Shown here: piece after piece, positions 57,733-64,000 of the stretch
Position numbering within the stretch: position 1 is the stretch's first letter
Layout: each line of letters begins with the position of its first letter
Source: an uncultured Nitrospiraceae bacterium
GTDB taxonomy: Bacteria > Nitrospirota > Nitrospiria > Nitrospirales > Nitrospiraceae
Direction of reading: 5' to 3'
DNA length: 64,000 nt
Assembly: GCA_963730935.1 (NCBI GenBank)
Contig: CAVSTP010000004.1
Location: 1,568,001-1,632,000 of the forward strand
Notes under the pieces: generated by a model
Seen by the model: the letters and a program-made list of their open reading frames with translations, nothing else
Told to the model about the DNA's origin: nothing
Databases searched by the model: none
Program-made: the position numbers and the translations under genes

Positions 57733-58548
57733 CTACGAGGCGGGTCTCTCCGCCGCCATGGCCTGCAGCTGACCGATATATGAGTTCTGCAGTTTTAGCG
57801 CCAGCCGCTTCTCTGCCTGGTCAAATGACACCACCCGTAGGGTATTCGGGGCACCTTCGTATGTGGGAGGCCAGATTCTGCGCTCCGGATCCTGAGGACG
57901 CAGATAGATAGCCGGGTACCATTGATCGATGCCGGGCGCCGTCGGCCGGTCCAAGGTGGCCCAGCCCCGCCCCTCAGCCTGCATGAGCAACACATTATTC
58001 TTTAAATCCAGCAAGGCGAATTCCAGGAGCGACCAATTGTCACGGCGAAGGCCAGGCTGTGAATGCGTCGTCCATCCGAGAAATAGAGTGAGGGGATACT
58101 CCTGCTCAGTGCTGGAGAGCACTACCACTGCCAAATAATCCAAACCACGTTGGCGCCCTAAATCCGCAAATTGGCTCCAATCTCCATTCGGTTGGGGACG
58201 GATTTGGTCTGCGGGGAGCACGTCCGTAATCATGACGGGAATCGCTCGACTAATGTCCAGCCTCAAGGTTTCACCGAGCCGCACGAACGCCTCATCAGGA
58301 AGGTTCGGCGCTGCATCAGGTGCTGCCGTGTCGGACACGAGGACGAGTCCGGCCTTGAGCGGCCGCTGCTCGATCTGTGTCAGAGCGTCCTCACCCGCCC
58401 GGCGCTCGGAGGACACGTAGTCACCTAGGCGACTAGGAGGAACAGCGCACGAGGTGAGGAACAACACCGCACCTAAGAGCCCGAATGAGATTTTCACGGT
58501 TCCATGCATGGCCCACCTCCCGGTTGAGGACGCCGCTATGGCTTGCAC
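57733..58548 (-). CDS. Hypothetical lipoprotein
   Basis: Lipobox LTSC; long ORF; start uncertain (probably MHGTVK). Confidence 0.65.
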   Translation of the reverse strand: MQAIAASSTGRWAMHGTVKISFGLLGAVLFLTSCAVPPSRLGDYVSSERRAGEDALTQIEQRPLKAGLVLVSDTAAPDAAPNLPDEAFVRLGETLRLDISRAIPVMITDVLPADQIRPQPNGDWSQFADLGRQRGLDYLAVVVLSSTEQEYPLTLFLGWTTHSQPGLRRDNWSLLEFALLDLKNNVLLMQAEGRGWATLDRPTAPGIDQWYPAIYLRPQDPERRIWPPTYEGAPNTLRVVSFDQAEKRLALKLQNSYIGQLQAMAAERPAS

Positions 58549-58700
58549 GGTTGCAGATACGTTCGCTCCCCTATGCCAGCGCTGTCAAGTCCACGTTTCC
58601 TCTTGTATTTTCCCCTCCAGCTCAGCTACCGTACGCTCTAAGGGAAACGCTCTAAGGGACGGACTCACAGCGCGCCTCCTTCCGGAATCGCAGGAGTCCT

Positions 58701-59510
58701 ATGGTCGATCCGCACACGCACGGCTCTCCCCAGCTGTCCATCGTGATTCCAGCCCATAATGAGGCTGGTCGCATTCTCCCCTATCTCCGACAGATCATCG
58801 ACTACTGTGAAGGGCAACGCCGCTCCTACGAGTTGCTGGTTGTCGATGACGGCAGCACAGACGGCACTTCGTTAGTCGTGGGGAGACTGGCTCAGGTTCA
58901 TTCAACCGTACACTTGCTGCGACTGCCTACTTGCCACGGCAAAGGCGCCGCCGTGCGGTACGGGATGCAATCGGCGGTCGGCTGCCTGCAATTGTTCGTA
59001 GACGCTGACGGCGCCACACCCATACAGGAACTGGCGCGGCTGGAAAAAGCCTTGGCCGGAGGCGCGGATATGGCCATCGGATCACGCGCGTTGGCCGCGC
59101 GGCTTCCGAACTTCGTCGTCCATGCCCGGGTGCATCGGAGCGTTCTTGGATCATTGTTCAATGCAGCCGTGCGGCTGAGCGGTATCAAAGGCATTGCCGA
59201 CACGCAATGCGGCTTCAAGCTCTTCCGCCGGATTGTCGCGCAAGAACTCTTCGCCTATGCCTCAATCGATGGATTCGGCTTCGATCTCGAATTGCTGTAT
59301 CTGGCCCAGCAGCGCGGATACCGCATTGCAGAGGTCCCGGTGAACTGGTCCGACAAGCCGGGATCGAAAGTCCGCGTCCTGCGAGACGGCTTGGTCATGC
59401 TGCGCGAGTTGGCTGTGATCAGGCGCAACGACCAGCGGGGCCGCTACCGTCTCCCTTCCCTCTCTCCCGAATTGATGCACGCAAACCGGTTCAGAATGCC
59501 CGCATCGTAG
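58701..59510 (+). CDS. GT2 polyprenyl-phosphate glycosyltransferase (Dol-P-Glc synthase-like)
   Basis: SIVIPAHNE, VDDGSTD, GKGAAVR, DADG, DTQCGFK, GFDLE. Confidence 0.9.
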   Translation: MVDPHTHGSPQLSIVIPAHNEAGRILPYLRQIIDYCEGQRRSYELLVVDDGSTDGTSLVVGRLAQVHSTVHLLRLPTCHGKGAAVRYGMQSAVGCLQLFVDADGATPIQELARLEKALAGGADMAIGSRALAARLPNFVVHARVHRSVLGSLFNAAVRLSGIKGIADTQCGFKLFRRIVAQELFAYASIDGFGFDLELLYLAQQRGYRIAEVPVNWSDKPGSKVRVLRDGLVMLRELAVIRRNDQRGRYRLPSLSPELMHANRFRMPAS

Positions 59511-61059
59511 CCTTCATCCGATAAATCGCCGCCTTTTGATCGTCGTAGATTCGGCTCCAAGCCGAGTGTCTGGCCAAGCCTTCTTCTAATGGCGTTTGCT
59601 TTCTCACCAGAGCCCAATCGACGGAGTATTTTGTCAGAATGCTCAAGTCAGGATCCGCTCCGGTGAGCGCCATGTAGTCCCGAAGTATCACTCGTTCTCC
59701 GCTCCGCCATGCCGGCATCCGGCCGTCGATAAAAATTCTCGTGCCGGGCATCCACCAGAGTAGGAATCCGCCATAGGCGTAGTCATTATACAAACGTTGC
59801 CCGGTTTGATCCCGGTTGGCCCGCATCCATTCCACCGCTTCGATCGGATAGGAGGTCGTTTTGAAATATTCCGCTGGCCTGGTGCCGGAGAGCACGATCC
59901 GTTGCATGTGCTCAGGGCCCAGCCACATTAATGTGGCTGCCGTGAGAACGGAGGCCGCAAAGCCTGCCCTGTTGGCCGCGACGTCTCCAGACGGCCATCG
60001 GCGGCGGAGTCGCGCAAAGCCGTCAGACAGGAGCTCGGCGCAGAACGGCAGGCTCACGATGAGGAAGAACGGAATATTGCGCATGTGCCGGAATGAGAAC
60101 GCGAGAAACACGATGCCAACGACCCATCGAACCGGCTCGACCCGCCGATACCACAACGCCATCGCGACGATCAGTCCCGCGAGATACATCGCATACCTGC
60201 GTCCCGCGAGGCCGGCCATCGACAAGGGCTGCCATTCCTGGAGCGTCTCGAGCATGAACCGGTTCGAGAGTGAATCGACGATCTCCACATACAGACGCCA
60301 CCCATAGGGATTGAGAAGGGTGAGACAAGCCGAGATGGCCATGATCGCGGTCAGCCACTTCACCTCCATCCAAGAAAAAAGCGGCTCATCAAGGCGGCCG
60401 CTGGAGAGGATCTGCCGGTCCAACAGCCATCTGACGATCGCGGTCGTCCCGATGACGAGGCTCAAGAGCAACAATCCGGCAACGAACCCTCCATGCAAAT
60501 TTGCCCAGACAAGAAAGAACGGCGGAATCCACCATCGGACGGAGGCGCTTCCGTCCCTCCAGCGTTTCAACAACAACGAGAGGACAGCCAATCCCAGCAA
60601 CGTGATGAGCTGGGTTCTTGCACCGAGGTACGGCAGCGCGACCCACAGGGAAAGGGCGCAGGCGAGCCAGCGGAAGACCACGCTCGCAGACGCCACGGCC
60701 GCTCCGAGCAGCCAGGCGCTGATGGTCACGGCTGCAAAGAACAGGATGACGCCCAACGCGCCGAACGCCGAATAGATGCCGGCGACCAGCACGTCGGTCA
60801 TCCATGCATGTTCCACCCAGGGCCAATCCGGCATGGTATGGGAATAGGGGTCTGCCGACGGCAGGGGCAGGCCATTCTGCAGAACATCCAAGCCGGTCCG
60901 GAGATGCCAGCCAAAATCAGGCTCGGTCAGCGGCTGCAAGGCAAAATTGATGATGATCAGCAGGAGGAAGAGACCCAGTGCGGAAATGCCCGCCAACGAA
61001 GAACTGCCCACCCGGCGAACGGTCATTGGCGGACAGACGCTTGATTGAGAGGCGCTCAT
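59491..61059 (-). CDS. Multi-pass membrane protein, probable GT-C fold glycosyltransferase
   Basis: EPDFGWHLRTG, DPYSHT, WANLHGGF, NPYG, FIDGR; about 11 TM helices. Confidence 0.7.
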   Translation of the reverse strand: MSASQSSVCPPMTVRRVGSSSLAGISALGLFLLLIIINFALQPLTEPDFGWHLRTGLDVLQNGLPLPSADPYSHTMPDWPWVEHAWMTDVLVAGIYSAFGALGVILFFAAVTISAWLLGAAVASASVVFRWLACALSLWVALPYLGARTQLITLLGLAVLSLLLKRWRDGSASVRWWIPPFFLVWANLHGGFVAGLLLLSLVIGTTAIVRWLLDRQILSSGRLDEPLFSWMEVKWLTAIMAISACLTLLNPYGWRLYVEIVDSLSNRFMLETLQEWQPLSMAGLAGRRYAMYLAGLIVAMALWYRRVEPVRWVVGIVFLAFSFRHMRNIPFFLIVSLPFCAELLSDGFARLRRRWPSGDVAANRAGFAASVLTAATLMWLGPEHMQRIVLSGTRPAEYFKTTSYPIEAVEWMRANRDQTGQRLYNDYAYGGFLLWWMPGTRIFIDGRMPAWRSGERVILRDYMALTGADPDLSILTKYSVDWALVRKQTPLEEGLARHSAWSRIYDDQKAAIYRMKATMRAF

Positions 61060-61073
61060 CGGCGAATTCTCCT

Positions 61074-62804
61074 CTATCCCTCAGGTCCGGATGACGCGGC
61101 ACGGCGTCGTGCGAGCAGATTTTCCATGACCAACCACTCCACCTCCGTTCTGAGAAAACAGGCGACCGCCTCCTGAGGCGTACACACGATCGGTTCATTG
61201 ACGTTGAACGACGTATTCAACAACACCGGAACGCCGGTGCAGCGCGCGAAGGATTCCAGGAGGCGCCGGTACCGTGGATTCGACTCGCTATCGACCGTCT
61301 GCACTCTCGCAGTGCCGTCGACATGGACGACGGCAGGTATGACGCCTTTCATCGACGATTGCACGCCGGCTGTCCGGAGCATGAACGGAGAGGGGCCGAC
61401 GAGCTCAAAGTACTCACTCGCCCGCTCCTCCAACACCGATGGGGCAAATGGTCGAAACGGCTCCCGCAGCTTGACTTTCATGTTGATCAAGGCCCGCATG
61501 TCTTCGCGACGCGGGTCCGCCAACAGGCTCCGGTTGCCCAAGGCGCGAGGTCCCCACTCCATCCGGCCTTGAAACCAGAACACTAGCCGCCCGGCGGCGA
61601 GCTCTCCAGCGACCTTTTCACAGAGCGGTGCATCATCCAGCCGCTCGACAGTCAACCCGGCTGCCTCCAGCGTAGCCCTGCACGCGGCTTCGGAGAATTG
61701 CGGTCCCCAAGATGCTGTCCGCATGACCATTGGAGCCGACAGACCGCCCCTGCGGTGCGTCAGCCAAAGGGCCGCACCAAGCGCCGCTCCGGAGTCGCCG
61801 GCCGCAGGCGGGACGAACACTTCTTCGAATCCCGCGTCGCGCAGGAGCCGGCTGTTGGCGACACAGTTATACGCGACCCCGCCGGCCAGGCAGAGGCGCT
61901 CTTCCTTCGTCACGGTCTTGAGATGTCGTCCAAGGTGAAGGAGCGTCTCCTCGAGCACGGCCTGCGCGCTGGCCGCCATGTCTTGGTGACAGGGCGTAAT
62001 CTCTTCTTCAGGTCGCCGCGCGGGTCCGAAGAGTTGAAGGAACTCGGGTGAAAATATGCGATGCCGAGCCAGATGGAAATCCAAGAGCCTGGTGTTGAGA
62101 TGGAATTGCCCCTCCGGAAACGTGCGCAGCACCTGCTCGCGCAGCGCCGCAGCAAACCGTGGGACGCCGTACGCCGCCAACCCCATCACGATGTATTCGT
62201 CATGATCCGGTCTGAATCCCAGGTAGGCCGTGATCGCTGCATAGAACTGCCCCAGGGAATGGGGAAGGGCAACGCGTGTGAGCACACGGATCTGTTCCCG
62301 GTCGGCGCGAGCGAGCATCGTCGTGTGGGCTTCGGACGCCCCGTCAACGACCATGACCGCCGCCCGCTCGAATGGCGAAACCAGCATCGCGCTCGCGGCA
62401 TGGCAGAGATGATGGTCAAGAAACACGACGGGCGGGCACCTGGTGCCATCGACGCGGTGCGAGAGCAAGGTGCGCAGGAACGCCAACTCCCTCCATTCAT
62501 GGGCCAAACGGTCGGCCGCGCGCGCGCTTTTTACGGTGAATAGCCGGGGGGATTGCAACATTGAGCCGATCGCCAATGCCGCGCGCCGGCCGAGCTGCCA
62601 GTATTTCCATGGCACAGCGATGGCATCCAGGTCTTGAAGGCGAACTCCGGCGCTCTGCAGACAGAATCGAATGGCGTGGAGTGGCAAGGCGGCAACATGC
62701 TTGATCCTGACGAACCGTTCTTCTTCCGCGGCCGCGAGGAGCTGGCCGTTCTCAACCAACGCCGCCGCCGCATCGCGCATGTTTGAAAGGCCGAGGATGC
62801 GCAT
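61074..62804 (-). CDS. NodU/CmcH/TobZ-family carbamoyltransferase
   Basis: EEERF, HHLCHAAS, GGVAYN, GPRALGNRS, FRPFAP, HVDGTARVQ, LNTSFN. Confidence 0.93.
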   Translation of the reverse strand: MRILGLSNMRDAAAALVENGQLLAAAEEERFVRIKHVAALPLHAIRFCLQSAGVRLQDLDAIAVPWKYWQLGRRAALAIGSMLQSPRLFTVKSARAADRLAHEWRELAFLRTLLSHRVDGTRCPPVVFLDHHLCHAASAMLVSPFERAAVMVVDGASEAHTTMLARADREQIRVLTRVALPHSLGQFYAAITAYLGFRPDHDEYIVMGLAAYGVPRFAAALREQVLRTFPEGQFHLNTRLLDFHLARHRIFSPEFLQLFGPARRPEEEITPCHQDMAASAQAVLEETLLHLGRHLKTVTKEERLCLAGGVAYNCVANSRLLRDAGFEEVFVPPAAGDSGAALGAALWLTHRRGGLSAPMVMRTASWGPQFSEAACRATLEAAGLTVERLDDAPLCEKVAGELAAGRLVFWFQGRMEWGPRALGNRSLLADPRREDMRALINMKVKLREPFRPFAPSVLEERASEYFELVGPSPFMLRTAGVQSSMKGVIPAVVHVDGTARVQTVDSESNPRYRRLLESFARCTGVPVLLNTSFNVNEPIVCTPQEAVACFLRTEVEWLVMENLLARRRAASSGPEG

Positions 62805-62935
62805 GGCGCGGTAGGATAAAGCAGGCGACGGGGCCTGACAAGTTGCTTTCAGCCAGTGATTCCGGTACCGTGAGCTACTCCATGCACACGAGCGTGCGTC
62901 TGTATCCGGACAAGTTCAGCCTGCGTTTCTTCGGC

Positions 62936-64000
62936 ATGAACGCCGGTTTCGCCGGGCTCCTTCTCGCCATCCTCCTGGTCGGCTGCACGAAACAGGAACT
63001 CCCTGAGCTGGGGCCACGCCTGTCGCAGACCGCCGCCTTGGAGTTATCGCCCTCCTTGTTGGAATTCAAAGGGGAGTACACGGATAATTGCGGCCACATG
63101 CAGATCGTCCATATGGGCTCCACCCTGCAAGACACGCTTTTCGAAGCTGCGAACCGGACGTTTGCGTCCGTAGTACGGCCCGGCTCCAACGTCAAACCGG
63201 ACGTCATCGTGCGCGTCAAGCTGGTGCAATCGAATTTCACTCTCAACTGGGACGGCGTCTACGATCGCGCACAAACTGACCTGCAGCTCGGCGGTCTCGT
63301 GTCCTTCGTGGACCAAGCGGGCTCCGCCTTGGGCGAACAGGAGGTGCAGGTCGTCCAGAAGGGGCGGGTCCGCATTGAGCCGCTTCAAAAGAACTGCGAC
63401 TACCTCTTGGATGACTTCATTCAGGGAGCGGCCCGCGAGTTTGCTCAAAAAGTGTCCGACGCCTCCCGGCGCAAGCTCGCGCCCACCAGCGCGTCAGCGA
63501 CTCCGGCCGGAGCACCGGTGGCGGCGGTCGGAACGTCGGCCACGGCGGCAGCCGCACCAGCGGCCATCCCAGTCCCCGTTCCCGCGCCGGGTCGCTCTGT
63601 CGGACCAGGAGGAACGGCGCTTTCATTTAAAGCCACCGTGTTAGACGACAACGGCAATCTGGTCTTCGAAGGCGGCGAGCGGATTCGCGTCCGCGTCGAC
63701 GTCGTGAACACCGGCTCTCAAGAACTGCAAAACGTCACGGCCAGCCTGTCCGGCACACCGCTGGTGCTTGCGCAATTTCCTGCCACCACGCTTTCCGCAG
63801 GTCGTCTGCAGCCGGGACAGTCGCGGTCCGTTGAGTTTGTTGCGACGCTGCCACAGGGGATGCAGCCGCAGAAAGCCGATTTACAAGTAAGCGTGGCCGA
63901 TCCGGCAACCGCGGCGCCATCCGCACAAACGCTCTCGCTCTCGATCCACCCGACCGGCCTGAAGACCGACGATGTCGATCAGGTCCCGGCCATGGCCGTC
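62936..64000 (+). CDS. Lipoprotein with an Ala/Pro linker and an Ig-like (CARDB-type) domain; runs off window end (alternative in-frame ATG at 62882)
   Basis: Manual translation MNAGFAGLLLAILLVGC...; frame appears open to the window end; DDNGNLVFEGGERIRVRVDVVNTG. Confidence 0.75.
   Translation, partial: MNAGFAGLLLAILLVGCTKQELPELGPRLSQTAALELSPSLLEFKGEYTDNCGHMQIVHMGSTLQDTLFEAANRTFASVVRPGSNVKPDVIVRVKLVQSNFTLNWDGVYDRAQTDLQLGGLVSFVDQAGSALGEQEVQVVQKGRVRIEPLQKNCDYLLDDFIQGAAREFAQKVSDASRRKLAPTSASATPAGAPVAAVGTSATAAAAPAAIPVPVPAPGRSVGPGGTALSFKATVLDDNGNLVFEGGERIRVRVDVVNTGSQELQNVTASLSGTPLVLAQFPATTLSAGRLQPGQSRSVEFVATLPQGMQPQKADLQVSVADPATAAPSAQTLSLSIHPTGLKTDDVDQVPAMAV

Overview
GC-rich bacterial chromosomal window. 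Gene content points strongly to Nitrospira (Nitrospirota), by inference: two CydA-only bd-like oxidases, an NXR-gamma-like c-type cytochrome and a large MnxG/McoA-type multicopper oxidase. 1-5.9 kb holds housekeeping genes (secD-yajC-tgt-argS, a GT9 and mobA). 6-31 kb is an almost entirely minus-strand respiratory/copper island: a ~1600-aa multicopper oxidase, three amicyanin-loop (C-x2-H-x2-M) periplasmic proteins, HEAT, methyltransferase, DUF420 and PCP_red proteins, a second bd-like oxidase, two FGE-domain proteins, two unannotated single-helix microproteins, the main bd-like oxidase and three membrane c-type cytochromes. The 13.3-20.1 kb part of the island carries a dense cluster of frameshifts, probably assembly errors. 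31-43 kb is mixed/accessory (KimA-like transporter, DUF748, orphan HExxH protein, gene remnants, a repeat-containing SmbP-like lipoprotein, SPFH, cytochrome c). 43-49 kb is housekeeping (queC, dksA-like, apt, RpoS-like sigma, acyP, NFACT, receiver protein, RRM protein). 49.5-57.6 kb is a degP-tatC-mrp-moeA-mobB-hexaheme cytochrome-ABC run. 58.7-62.8 kb is a GT2/GT-C/carbamoyltransferase module. I saw no rRNA, tRNA, CRISPR array or transposase. All calls come from motif recognition by eye; no database searches were run.
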